Notes: generated by a model from the letters alone, not told the origin. A stretch of DNA of 64,000 nucleotides from a virus (IMGVR_UViG_3300033475_000012:1-64000), one strand, 5' to 3'; numbered from the stretch's first letter, positions 7,837 to 17,447 are shown. Translations and numbers: made by a program.

Positions 7837-7865
7837 AAAGCCCCTTCAATAATGGAGGGGCTTTT
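7837..7865 (-). terminator. terminator ending the late/lysis operon
   Basis: AAAGCCCCT...AGGGGCTTT inverted repeat just after the endolysin stop. Confidence 0.75.
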
Positions 7866-7886
7866 AAAATGCAAACCATTGTGTCG

Positions 7887-8543
7887 CTATGAAAGAGATA
7901 AAAACAAAGCGTTGCCTCCTAATTTATCAGTTTGTACTGTGTTGGGATCAAAGGTTATTCCATTCAATGCTTGCTGGGTGTGCTGAAACATAGAAAATCC
8001 CCTGACGGGAATATCGTCGTCAAAATTATAAGCACGCCAATAAAACTTCACCGGTAGGTCATAAATTTGCGGCGGCGTCAAGCCGTTAGCCCAGCCAACG
8101 TATAGTCCTGGTAGATACCCGGCTACTGAGACCTGAGCCGCCCATTCTTTTACGTAAGCAATTACATCTACAGCAGCAGAGTCTTTAGAAACTCCTTCCA
8201 GATCCAGCCATACATTAACGCCAGAAGGTAGCCCTACAATTTCTTTACAATAAGCAGCGCAATAGCTCCCATAGCTTATTCCTAGCCCTGCTGTTGGATG
8301 CCAGCCATCTGGAGCGACGTGCTGCACTATGGCCAAGCAAAGTCCAGCATTTAGGATTCCTTGGGCCTCTCCGTTGGTCAGATTATCGCGTGATAAGTTC
8401 ACATCTCTTGGCACATATCGGATGCAGAAGGACTTCCCCGCATTCTTAAAGGCGGTTGCCTGAGTCTGCGAAATAGGCTGATTTACATCAAATCCATCTG
8501 CACCATTAGGAAGCGATTTAATAATACCCGATAGAGGTGTCAT
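7887..8543 (-). CDS. endolysin, DUF1906/Rv2525c-like (GH25-like) glycoside hydrolase
   Basis: 'GADGFD..Q', 'AGKSFCIRYV', 'VWLDLEG', 'GYLPGLYVG' motifs; at the end of the structural operon. Confidence 0.8.
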   Translation of the reverse strand: MTPLSGIIKSLPNGADGFDVNQPISQTQATAFKNAGKSFCIRYVPRDVNLSRDNLTNGEAQGILNAGLCLAIVQHVAPDGWHPTAGLGISYGSYCAAYCKEIVGLPSGVNVWLDLEGVSKDSAAVDVIAYVKEWAAQVSVAGYLPGLYVGWANGLTPPQIYDLPVKFYWRAYNFDDDIPVRGFSMFQHTQQALNGITFDPNTVQTDKLGGNALFLSLS

Positions 8544-8653
8544 TGTGCATCAAATTGAGAAAGTGTATAAAACAAGAGAGCCAATGACGCAATCAGAGTG
8601 AACAAACACCCTATAATGCGCCATTGGCGTTCCGATTTAGATTCTTCAGCCAT
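8540..8653 (-). CDS. 37-aa single-TM peptide; candidate holin/antiholin/lysis regulator
   Basis: MAEESKSERQWRIIGCLFTLIASLALLFYTLSQFDAQ; TGA overlaps endolysin ATG; starts 1 nt after upstream stop. Confidence 0.6.
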   Translation of the reverse strand: MAEESKSERQWRIIGCLFTLIASLALLFYTLSQFDAQ

Positions 8654-8654
8654 G

Positions 8655-9554
8655 TTAGTTGTTCAGGCCGTTGATGGGGCCAGTAACCGCCATTAGTTTA
8701 TTGGTTGAGGTATTATATCCTACCCCTACAACCAATTTGAAAGGCAATTCCGCATTAAATATAACCTGCGTTGATACCGTAAGGGCGGCCACACCAACAA
8801 TGCCAGTCCCAACAGCCCCACCCGGCCCTCCCAAAAGAGATACCCCAAATTTCTGATAGAACCTTTGCTTGGCCGCATCCCACACGTCATTCTCCCAGCC
8901 AATACCATAAACAACTGCGACGGCGGAAGTCGAAATGCTCAACGGTTTGAACGAAACACCATACAGAGCGCCGGCCCCTTGCAATCTCACTCCTTTAAAA
9001 TTTGTCCCCGGCGTGAGAGTGTCGCCTAACATTATCGCATGTGCTCTAGGGGTGGCTGAGATAGATATGCCGGCCGGATGAGCAATTGGGGCAGTGATGC
9101 TTTGCGCATGGCATACACTTCCCAAACAAATGAGTAAGATGATAATGCCGACTTTTGGGGACGCTTTTACTACTTTGCCCGTCGACTGTGCGTTTAACGT
9201 GCCATTCGCAATTTTGGCCGTTTTAGCCTTACTAAGATAACCCCACACTATCGGAACCGACAGAATAACAAAGGAAGTGATGGCGGCTAGTTCGCTGGAA
9301 TTTAACAATCCGGAACCTACTAGCAATCCTCCAGCGCCTTGCAGCAGTTGACGAACGAGGCTTTCCAATGTTTCTTCTGTAGCTGTGCCATTATAAATTG
9401 ACCACCCTATACTTCCGGCTGTGAGCATGCCGCCAGTAATTGTGTCCCATGTTGGCCCCAAAAGAGGATGTCCGAAAATGGTTTTACCAATGAGAAAGGT
9501 TCCTATCAGCGTCAACAATGCGCGGACTAAAGAACCAAGTGTTGAAGTGTTCAT
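8655..9554 (-). CDS. holin-like multi-TM protein fused to an internal signal peptide and beta-rich domain
   Basis: Duplicated 2-TM unit (SLVRALL.. / SLVRQLL..), then KVGIIILLICLGSVCHA|Q and alternating beta-strand-like segments. Confidence 0.55.
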   Translation of the reverse strand: MNTSTLGSLVRALLTLIGTFLIGKTIFGHPLLGPTWDTITGGMLTAGSIGWSIYNGTATEETLESLVRQLLQGAGGLLVGSGLLNSSELAAITSFVILSVPIVWGYLSKAKTAKIANGTLNAQSTGKVVKASPKVGIIILLICLGSVCHAQSITAPIAHPAGISISATPRAHAIMLGDTLTPGTNFKGVRLQGAGALYGVSFKPLSISTSAVAVVYGIGWENDVWDAAKQRFYQKFGVSLLGGPGGAVGTGIVGVAALTVSTQVIFNAELPFKLVVGVGYNTSTNKLMAVTGPINGLNN

Positions 9555-9563
9555 ATATTACTT

Positions 9564-9815
9564 TTAATTAGGAATATGATGTTGATTTAATTCCACAGAA
9601 TTTAGCCTTCCCTTAAAATCTTCGTCATTTAATTGAAGCTGATTAACGATTGGCTTTATCTCTTCTACGGAATTTATTCTTTCTTCCAATACGGCCAATC
9701 GGCTATCTATTTTATTTAAAGTCACTATAACGCCGATTATCCCCGCCACAATTAATGACTGAATGACATTTGAGAACAATTTATCCATCTTTATAGGGTT
9801 AGTATTGGCAGGCAT
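9564..9815 (-). CDS. TM plus coiled-coil lysis-module protein (holin- or i-spanin-like)
   Basis: One TM helix then 'RLAVLEERINSVEE' coiled coil, in lysis cassette. Confidence 0.55.
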   Translation of the reverse strand: MPANTNPIKMDKLFSNVIQSLIVAGIIGVIVTLNKIDSRLAVLEERINSVEEIKPIVNQLQLNDEDFKGRLNSVELNQHHIPN

Positions 9816-9831
9816 AAATATAATAATTTTA

Positions 9832-11556
9832 TCAATTATGGTAAAGTCTGCTTCCTCTATGTCTTAAAAAAGTATTTGACGGATTTACAGTGATCGTGTC
9901 ATAGGCTACATTTGTTTTCCACATTATATCAGTAGTGCTGTCTTTGAAAATATAGGGACCGGGAACAGATAATCCAGATATGGGAATATTAGCTCCCGTA
10001 TTAAATGGCATGACAGGCGTAACGGGGCCTGACACAAAAGTTACCACATTAAGATACTCTTTAGACCCAGACGCATATGATATGGAAGGCGTGATTGTAG
10101 CTGACGTAACGCCAGATAAAACTTGATTGGACGAATGTACTGCAGGGGCCGCTAATGTCCCATTATAACACCCTGTTCCCTGACTGCAATTGGTAGCTCC
10201 CGGATTGGCTATGCAATAAAAACAAGTAGGGGTGATAAGTGACCCACTGGTTATGGCAAAAGGAAATATTTGAATGGGATAAGGGATATTCACCATATCT
10301 GGATAGGTTCCATTTAGCCCCCCTGCTGGATAATCGCAAGAAGCCCTATTGTCCATTATTTGCCCCGACTTTCCGCGACCCCATGCCCACGATTCCCCCT
10401 TATTATTCACAAAAACAGCATTCCAGCAATTAGACGGACCCATATAACCACATACCCAATTATGCGTACCAGGGCATACGCTCACCCAAGAGGAAGTTAG
10501 GTATTCTCCTAATCCATTATCGTACGCATATGGTTGGGGAGTCGATCCAGCAGGAGGAGGACTGACAGAATATCCATTCATAGGATACATTTGTCCATTA
10601 CCGATTTCTCCGCATATATTATCTCCGCTAGATATAAGACAAGAATCAACACCAGATTTATTTCCGATTAAAAACACAGCCCCAGCATCCGCAAATGCTT
10701 TTTTGGCTAAGAAAGTACCCACCGAAGCAGAAATGAAAGATGTTATATTTTGTGGTGTATTGGATGTAGATGCGCTTGGACCAGCAAAATACTTTGGATG
10801 ATCACCAATCCCCAATGTCTCGCCGTCGTCTAAGACAATAACGCCAAAAGGACCCGCATCGGCTATATCAACCGCATATCTACCTGATGGCAGTCGGATG
10901 GTATCTGGAAGTGTATAAGGCACCGTTGGGCTACTTCCTCTCCCCAACTGCGCCTTATTGTTAGCTGCTGCCCAACTCCACACATGACCCTTACTGTCCA
11001 ACGCCAGTAATACATATTGTCCCGTTACTTTAATAATATGTGTTCCGTTGGGAAAAGTAGCCCACACAAAAGAAGTTTGATTAACCGCATTATCCGTTCC
11101 ATTACCATGCAGGCCGCCAGCTAGTTCGCCGGCTATTCCTACTTGTCTTCCTGTAGTACTATCGGTAGTTACGATTACATCTGTCCAATATGGAGAGGTA
11201 TTTGAAGCGGTACAATATAATTGAGTGACTGCCGGAAGTGCAGTCCCCGCACTATCAACAGTGATATTTATAGGGCCGCCACACGAAACGCCAAAAACAC
11301 TACCGCCGACATATAAATTACCAGGAGCGATAGGGCCAATATACCCGTCATCATGCGGGCCACCGAATATTTCGGCAACGTAACTCGGCTGTCCTGTACA
11401 AGACTGAGGCACGACATTTAAGATATGATACGCCTTGTGCGTTGACGCCCTATACACAAGATTGCAGTATTCCGCCAAATAAGGATGATCCACCGTGTCT
11501 GGGTTCTGACCCATCAAAATAGTTGGCAATAATAATATAATTAAAATAAATTTCAT
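9832..11556 (-). CDS. secreted RCC1-repeat-like/PKD-like protein, putative receptor-binding or accessory fibre
   Basis: Signal peptide MKFILIILLLPTILMG|Q; RCC1-like 'LALDSKGHVWSW...QLG' and 'SWAWGRGKSGQ'; C-terminal 'GPYIFKDSTTD..YDTITVN' PKD-like; Cys-rich. Confidence 0.6.
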   Translation of the reverse strand: MKFILIILLLPTILMGQNPDTVDHPYLAEYCNLVYRASTHKAYHILNVVPQSCTGQPSYVAEIFGGPHDDGYIGPIAPGNLYVGGSVFGVSCGGPINITVDSAGTALPAVTQLYCTASNTSPYWTDVIVTTDSTTGRQVGIAGELAGGLHGNGTDNAVNQTSFVWATFPNGTHIIKVTGQYVLLALDSKGHVWSWAAANNKAQLGRGSSPTVPYTLPDTIRLPSGRYAVDIADAGPFGVIVLDDGETLGIGDHPKYFAGPSASTSNTPQNITSFISASVGTFLAKKAFADAGAVFLIGNKSGVDSCLISSGDNICGEIGNGQMYPMNGYSVSPPPAGSTPQPYAYDNGLGEYLTSSWVSVCPGTHNWVCGYMGPSNCWNAVFVNNKGESWAWGRGKSGQIMDNRASCDYPAGGLNGTYPDMVNIPYPIQIFPFAITSGSLITPTCFYCIANPGATNCSQGTGCYNGTLAAPAVHSSNQVLSGVTSATITPSISYASGSKEYLNVVTFVSGPVTPVMPFNTGANIPISGLSVPGPYIFKDSTTDIMWKTNVAYDTITVNPSNTFLRHRGSRLYHN

Positions 11557-11590
11557 TCTAAAATCCTATTATGTAGCATGTTTTTATTAT

Positions 11591-13912
11591 TTACTCTAAA
11601 TACCAATTTGTAGATCCGGCTACTATAATCCTACTTATCCCAGCCGTTATAGTTAACGTAGTAACTTGAGATGTATCATATATATGATCACCAGATGCAG
11701 CATTTAGTGTGATGCTCGCAGAACCTGCATTCTTAATATAATATTTCTTCCCTTGAGAACCACTTAAAGAAGGAAGAGTCCATATTGTTGCCGAAGATCC
11801 GGTAAATACGTAATCAGAAATACCGGAAAGAGTTAGTGTTGTAGCAGAAGTTTCTGATAAATTAGTCTCAGAATTAGTGCTGAAAGAATTTATGACAACC
11901 CAAGTAGAGGCAATATCTTGAATTACATACCAAGTATCTGAATTTAAAGTGGTCAATTTAGTTGACAAATCAGGGAAATAGACATTTGATAAGAAAGACC
12001 AAGTATTAGTTCCCCCTAAATTATAAAAACTTATCTGCCTCCCACTTCCCGTAGCTGACGGAAGGGTTATTGTTAGATTAGATGAAGGAGCGCCAAGGTA
12101 ATATATAGGTACCCCTTCGGTAACTGTTAAATTTGAGCTAGTACTTGGAGAATTATATCCAAAATATAAACTTGTGAATAAATTAAAAATGCTCGTACCC
12201 CCGGACAAACTCAAAGTTTGACCATTCATATTTATGGAGGTTGATTTATTTAATGTTCCACCTAAAGATATTGTATCTGTTCCTCCAATAGGTCCGGTTA
12301 TTGTCAATCCATTTAATGCCTTAAGCGTATCTGTTGGCAAAGAAGGTGCAATCTTGGCAGCTATGGCGGACCATGTAAATCTACGCGTTGAACTGTCTGG
12401 CATCCATCCCATAAGACCAATTGAATTTGTCGTGTCTTGAGACATGCCAGTATATTTCCACGTTCCACTGCCGCCTAAAGCTATTGTTGTAGCAAAACCA
12501 GTTCCAGTTATGGTATTGGAGCTACTAAGAATGGACCCCGTTGTTATAACTTGCTGCAATGTTTGAGACCCCCCTCCCGATATAGCACCCTCGATCACAT
12601 TTCCCGAGGCATCCACATTAAGCGCATATGTTGGTGTGCCCGTATTTGTGCCTGAGCCATAACCAGTAATCGCCATCTTTCCACCCGAAGGTACTATGAT
12701 CAGTTTTCCGGCGCTGTTGGTCTGCCATGTGGTATAATGAGTGGCATCATAATGGGCAGCCAACTGCGGCTGAGTGGTGGACGTAATTTGGACCAACCCA
12801 GTAGAATTATCAATAGTACCGCCGACGAGAAATTTTTGCAATTCGGTGAACCGTGCAGCTTCTGCTTGTGAGCTGCCATTGGTGCGTGTCAGAATTTTTA
12901 AGCCCGCGCTATAATCCCCAGAGGTGGAATTGGCCTTGTACCCTTTCAACATTGCGCCGCCCGTATATTGAGGGGTCGTATTGAACTCGACGCCGAAATT
13001 GATCGTCGCTCCATTTCCAGCCGCCATGCCACTATTATCATTCAGCATCAGTGTTCCCGCATAGGGTTGTCCAGGCTCTGTGGCCAGAATCTCCATCGGT
13101 GAATATTGGGCATTGTTATCTGTAGAAGTAGACGGCGAGCCTACAAATAGATGCTTGACATTTGTCGTTTGGGTATTATCCAGCGATAACACCTGTAACA
13201 GAGCCGAAGGTGTGGCGGAGTTATTCGTCCAGAAATCCATCTCTCCGGGCATGTTAGTGGTAGACGGTGTGCCGGTCACCCGAGCGGAGATAAGGGCCGC
13301 TACCTGCGGTACGGTACCATTATAGCCGCTGAATTGAAAGCCACCCAGTGAGTCGCCAGAAGATGGAGTGCCAGGCGATGCAAATGAGCCACGGGTCTTG
13401 TAGAAATTGATATAGCTGCAGCCCGTTCCCGCGACCGATCGTTGAATCATAATTCCCGGCTTCAGCGCGCCGGACTCATTATGAAAAAGGTGAAAGTCCA
13501 TTTTCGGGGCAGTGCCGACATTCAACCCCAGAGCTATATTAGTCGGATCAAGATAATAGTTTCCAGACTGAGCAAGCAGTCCAGAACCATCCGTGTACAG
13601 AAGCTGATTGGCTGTAGATCCCGATACGCTGCCCCCTATGGCCATCCCTGCACCACCACCACCTCCCGAAGTGCCGTAGATGTTAACTGGATGAACGCTT
13701 GTTGTGATATAGTACAGGCCGCCAGTGATTGTCGATCCCAGACTATCCTGCACAGCACAGAGCATTGGGTAACTTGAGGACGAAGGAAGGTCCGAAACAT
13801 GCGTGTAGAGCGGGATAAATAACTTTCCTCCTTTCCCGCCCCAGCCGTAAAGCATCTGTGATCGCGCCGTAAACGCTATCGAACAACAGAGTATGAAAAG
13901 CAGCTTCTTCAT
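11591..13912 (-). CDS. tail-fibre-like protein with Sec signal peptide
   Basis: MKKLLFILCCSIAFTARS|Q; Gly/Ser/Thr-rich; 'LNVDASGNVI' and 'QTLQQVITTG' segments typical of Bacteroidota phage fibres. Confidence 0.7.
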   Translation of the reverse strand: MKKLLFILCCSIAFTARSQMLYGWGGKGGKLFIPLYTHVSDLPSSSSYPMLCAVQDSLGSTITGGLYYITTSVHPVNIYGTSGGGGGAGMAIGGSVSGSTANQLLYTDGSGLLAQSGNYYLDPTNIALGLNVGTAPKMDFHLFHNESGALKPGIMIQRSVAGTGCSYINFYKTRGSFASPGTPSSGDSLGGFQFSGYNGTVPQVAALISARVTGTPSTTNMPGEMDFWTNNSATPSALLQVLSLDNTQTTNVKHLFVGSPSTSTDNNAQYSPMEILATEPGQPYAGTLMLNDNSGMAAGNGATINFGVEFNTTPQYTGGAMLKGYKANSTSGDYSAGLKILTRTNGSSQAEAARFTELQKFLVGGTIDNSTGLVQITSTTQPQLAAHYDATHYTTWQTNSAGKLIIVPSGGKMAITGYGSGTNTGTPTYALNVDASGNVIEGAISGGGSQTLQQVITTGSILSSSNTITGTGFATTIALGGSGTWKYTGMSQDTTNSIGLMGWMPDSSTRRFTWSAIAAKIAPSLPTDTLKALNGLTITGPIGGTDTISLGGTLNKSTSINMNGQTLSLSGGTSIFNLFTSLYFGYNSPSTSSNLTVTEGVPIYYLGAPSSNLTITLPSATGSGRQISFYNLGGTNTWSFLSNVYFPDLSTKLTTLNSDTWYVIQDIASTWVVINSFSTNSETNLSETSATTLTLSGISDYVFTGSSATIWTLPSLSGSQGKKYYIKNAGSASITLNAASGDHIYDTSQVTTLTITAGISRIIVAGSTNWYLE

Positions 13913-16900
13913 TTATTTGCCATTGATTGAAAGGTGAAAAACATAAGTCGTCGATGGATCAAGCGGTATGGTCCCGGATGTGATTAATGGATAATTGAAT
14001 GATCCGGTATAAGTAGCCAGCGGCATTGCATCCCCTGCCAACTGCTTGGCTGCCGTGTTGGCGGGGGTGATCACTGGCGCGATACCTACTGTCGACCAAG
14101 CAATATCAAATCCATATACCATTATGGTGGCGCTAGCCGCCGGGCTTGTTCCGGTCGCGATAGTTATATCCCCCCCCAAACTGGTTGAGAAGCCGGATAG
14201 GGTCACCGTCCCGCCTGTACCCAAACCCGTTCCAGTAGAGAAAACAAACGCAGCCCCGCTGGCTCCTTTCGGCCATGCCACAGAGTAAGCAGTGCCGTAG
14301 TTGTGCTCGTAGTAATATCTTGTGGCAGCGGCCACCGTGCTGGTGGCGAAAGCAGGCCCGGGCCCCATTTCGTTCAGCGTCACATTGCTGTTAGCGCTCA
14401 GATCTACCGAATCACCGGTGAAATTGGTGCCAATGACATTGACCTGAAGCGGAAACGCGGCATTCACATATAGACCGTAGCTCGGAGTGAGGGTATTGGA
14501 GATATTCAGGTTCTCGAGCGTCACCTGCTGGTTTGCCAGAGTAGATTCGATCCGGATAAGAGATCCAACGTTGTGCTCGAACCAGGTTCCCCGCATCGTC
14601 AGCATAGAGACGCCTACCGTATTGGGGTTGGTAAAGTGGACACCGCCGGTATTTGTATTGTGCGTTGTTCCTTCATCGCTGATATCTCCGCCTTCGATGA
14701 TGATACCGCCTTGGGTTTGATTGACATTGAAAGCCCAGCTTGCGCAATTGTAAATGTGGCAGTGGACGAAGGTAATCAGGTTAGGAGCCACAAACCCACC
14801 GGGGGACCGGTTGATCGTGTCGGCATTGACTGCTATCGGGCACCATTTGATCAGCATATTATTAAACTGACCAGTAAGAGTACCCTTCAAATTTAATCCT
14901 ATGGAAGTACAAGAATCTATCGCTATATCGTTCCATTTAAACCAATAAATATATTGCAAATTCATTCCAATAGAAGCCTTATTATGCCCTTCTAAAAGCA
15001 TAGCACTAATGGGAGCATATCCATATCCTGGGGCATTCCCAACATTAGTTCCTGGAATAGTTATAAATGTATTATTATTCCATTTAATCATAGTATCCCC
15101 AACTACTATTTCAGATAGTATTGTATTGTTAATACCTGCCCCCATTATAGAAACATTAGGCATCCCAGTCATATCAAGAGAACTCCATGCCCATACTCCT
15201 GGTGGTATCCACACTGTTCCTCCTCCATGAGAAAAAGCAGAATCAACACATGCTTGAACATAAGGAGATATATCAGTTCCAGTACCGCTCATAGACATAG
15301 TTACGCCATAGTCAGTAACCCGGTAAAACGGCAACAATACTGTTCCTGTTCCGCTTGAGTTTATAGTAACCCCGCCTACATGAGTTACCGTGTCTATTGT
15401 CACATTTGTTCCAGCAAATAATTCTCTAATAGCAGATGCGTTTAAATTGAATAAAGGGAATCCTCCTGAAGGAGTATTGCTTAATGATGTCTGTATGCTT
15501 GATACCGGCGCTTGAATCACATTACCGGATACATCGGACTGAAGAAACGCTAAGGGTGTTCCAGGAAAAGAAGTTGCTGTTGTATAGTTATTTAGTTGGA
15601 CCTGCCCGGTTGAAATTAAAGTAATTCCAACGGATGCCCCAACAGATAGGCTTGATGAAAAACCACTAGCGCTTGCCAACGTTGCGGCTGCATCTGAATT
15701 AAATACTCGAGAAAAAACATGTGATGCGGCATTAGTTAGTGTACCTATTTGGTAGGTATTATTTGCCGAAAAGCTAATATTATTCCCCATTATAATTCCG
15801 CCATTAAATGTTTGCGGATTTGTCACCCATGTATTGCCATGAGCCAACGCCAAAGAAGCCACTACCGCTCCTGTTGTCGGAGTAATGTTCAACGTACCGT
15901 CTGAATTAGAAACAGATGATACCGTGCCGCCGCTGCTGCCTGTCGAATCTAATATTTCGTGTAATCTCCCACCAATCGTGAATTTGATGCTATCCACCCC
16001 TGGCGTACGCCACAATGTATCTAATCTATCGTTAACCGATATTACATAAGGAGTTCCTAAAGTTCCCGATCCCGTTAATGACCCATTTGATCCTGAAAAT
16101 GTGACAAGTCCTGTAATATTTGATAGTTTACCATTAAATGTATTCCAGTCTGTTGATAACAAATAACCATTTTGAGATGTTCCAGCAGCTTGCTGAGTAA
16201 TTGTTAAAGCATTTGCATTGGCAGAAGAATCCCATCCAATACCTGCTGAAGTGCTTCCAAATACTGTCTTGATGTTATTTGTATTTGGAATAGCCCATCG
16301 ATATCCTGTTCCGACATTAGAGTTTGTATTACCGCTTCCGCCGCCTCCCGTATTTGATATAATACCACCGGAAATAGATATCCCTGTACCGGCAGTCATA
16401 TTCACTAAATTTCCTGAATTATCATATCCGACAATAGTATTGGCTGAATTTGAAAAATTACCCAATAGACCGGAAAAGTTTGACGTAACAAGTCTAGTCC
16501 CCGTACCTGCCAAAGAATTAATACTGAAATTTCCACTATTGTCAATATTCGCCCGGTTGGATGAATTTGTTTGAAAAATCAAAGAATTTCCTACGGAGGA
16601 TAATATCAATGGTGTTCCGCTTATGGTTAACTGTCCTCCACCGCTACTAAAAGTGGATATGCCGCCACTTGTTCCTCCTATCAAAAGATTACCATTGCTT
16701 GTTCCCAAACTTGAACCTATCGACAATGTATTACTGGATGTGTTGTACAAGAATTGACCCACTCCGCCTAGTGTCCCAGAATTATTGAAAATAACTTGCT
16801 GATTGGAACTTGAAATGGCGTTCTGTTTATTCCCTATTTGTGATGGAGTTACATAAGTAGTTCCGCTATCTCTTTTTCGGATAAAGAAATTTCCCATAGC

Positions 16901-17446
16901 TGCGCTATCGGCATTAAACACCTTAGTTGTCCCGGAGATAGATTGAGTGATCCATAACCCCGGATTAACAGCAGAATCTACACTTCCGGAAGTATTGCAC
17001 GTTGGACACGAAATTACCCCTGTAGATTGATTGAAAGATATAGGAGATGTTCCGGATATGGCATTAAGGCCTACTTTGGTCGCCAATTGCCCGTAAACGC
17101 CATTTCGCATAGTGTCTACTGAAAACTTTGTAGCATAAGTAAGACTGTCTGAAAAAGATAATATTTGACGCCATGTATGTCCTCCTGAAATCACCGTGTC
17201 TCTATACCATAAATGCCTAGAGCTATCGTCGTATACAATTCCACCTAAAGTATCAAGGCCCGAATTTAACCCAAAACCATTTACGGGATTGAATCCATGT
17301 ATATGCGGGGCATACATATTCAAAAGAGCCCTCCAACGGGAGTCTTGTACGGTTACAGAAGAATTTGATCTGGGGGGCGCAAACGTCTGAGCGGAGGAAG
17401 TTATTCCAACGATCACCAAAATGAAAAGTATAATGAGTTTCTTCAT
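13913..17446 (-). CDS. tail spike/fibre with pectate-lyase-like beta-helix (depolymerase) and Sec signal peptide
   Basis: Start MKKLIILFILVIVGITSSA|Q at 17446, 1 nt after upstream stop; 'VTDYG...TD..YVQACVDSA...GGGTVWIPPG' beta-helix N-cap. Confidence 0.75.
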   Translation of the reverse strand: MKKLIILFILVIVGITSSAQTFAPPRSNSSVTVQDSRWRALLNMYAPHIHGFNPVNGFGLNSGLDTLGGIVYDDSSRHLWYRDTVISGGHTWRQILSFSDSLTYATKFSVDTMRNGVYGQLATKVGLNAISGTSPISFNQSTGVISCPTCNTSGSVDSAVNPGLWITQSISGTTKVFNADSAAMGNFFIRKRDSGTTYVTPSQIGNKQNAISSSNQQVIFNNSGTLGGVGQFLYNTSSNTLSIGSSLGTSNGNLLIGGTSGGISTFSSGGGQLTISGTPLILSSVGNSLIFQTNSSNRANIDNSGNFSINSLAGTGTRLVTSNFSGLLGNFSNSANTIVGYDNSGNLVNMTAGTGISISGGIISNTGGGGSGNTNSNVGTGYRWAIPNTNNIKTVFGSTSAGIGWDSSANANALTITQQAAGTSQNGYLLSTDWNTFNGKLSNITGLVTFSGSNGSLTGSGTLGTPYVISVNDRLDTLWRTPGVDSIKFTIGGRLHEILDSTGSSGGTVSSVSNSDGTLNITPTTGAVVASLALAHGNTWVTNPQTFNGGIIMGNNISFSANNTYQIGTLTNAASHVFSRVFNSDAAATLASASGFSSSLSVGASVGITLISTGQVQLNNYTTATSFPGTPLAFLQSDVSGNVIQAPVSSIQTSLSNTPSGGFPLFNLNASAIRELFAGTNVTIDTVTHVGGVTINSSGTGTVLLPFYRVTDYGVTMSMSGTGTDISPYVQACVDSAFSHGGGTVWIPPGVWAWSSLDMTGMPNVSIMGAGINNTILSEIVVGDTMIKWNNNTFITIPGTNVGNAPGYGYAPISAMLLEGHNKASIGMNLQYIYWFKWNDIAIDSCTSIGLNLKGTLTGQFNNMLIKWCPIAVNADTINRSPGGFVAPNLITFVHCHIYNCASWAFNVNQTQGGIIIEGGDISDEGTTHNTNTGGVHFTNPNTVGVSMLTMRGTWFEHNVGSLIRIESTLANQQVTLENLNISNTLTPSYGLYVNAAFPLQVNVIGTNFTGDSVDLSANSNVTLNEMGPGPAFATSTVAAATRYYYEHNYGTAYSVAWPKGASGAAFVFSTGTGLGTGGTVTLSGFSTSLGGDITIATGTSPAASATIMVYGFDIAWSTVGIAPVITPANTAAKQLAGDAMPLATYTGSFNYPLITSGTIPLDPSTTYVFHLSINGK

Positions 17447-17447
17447 A

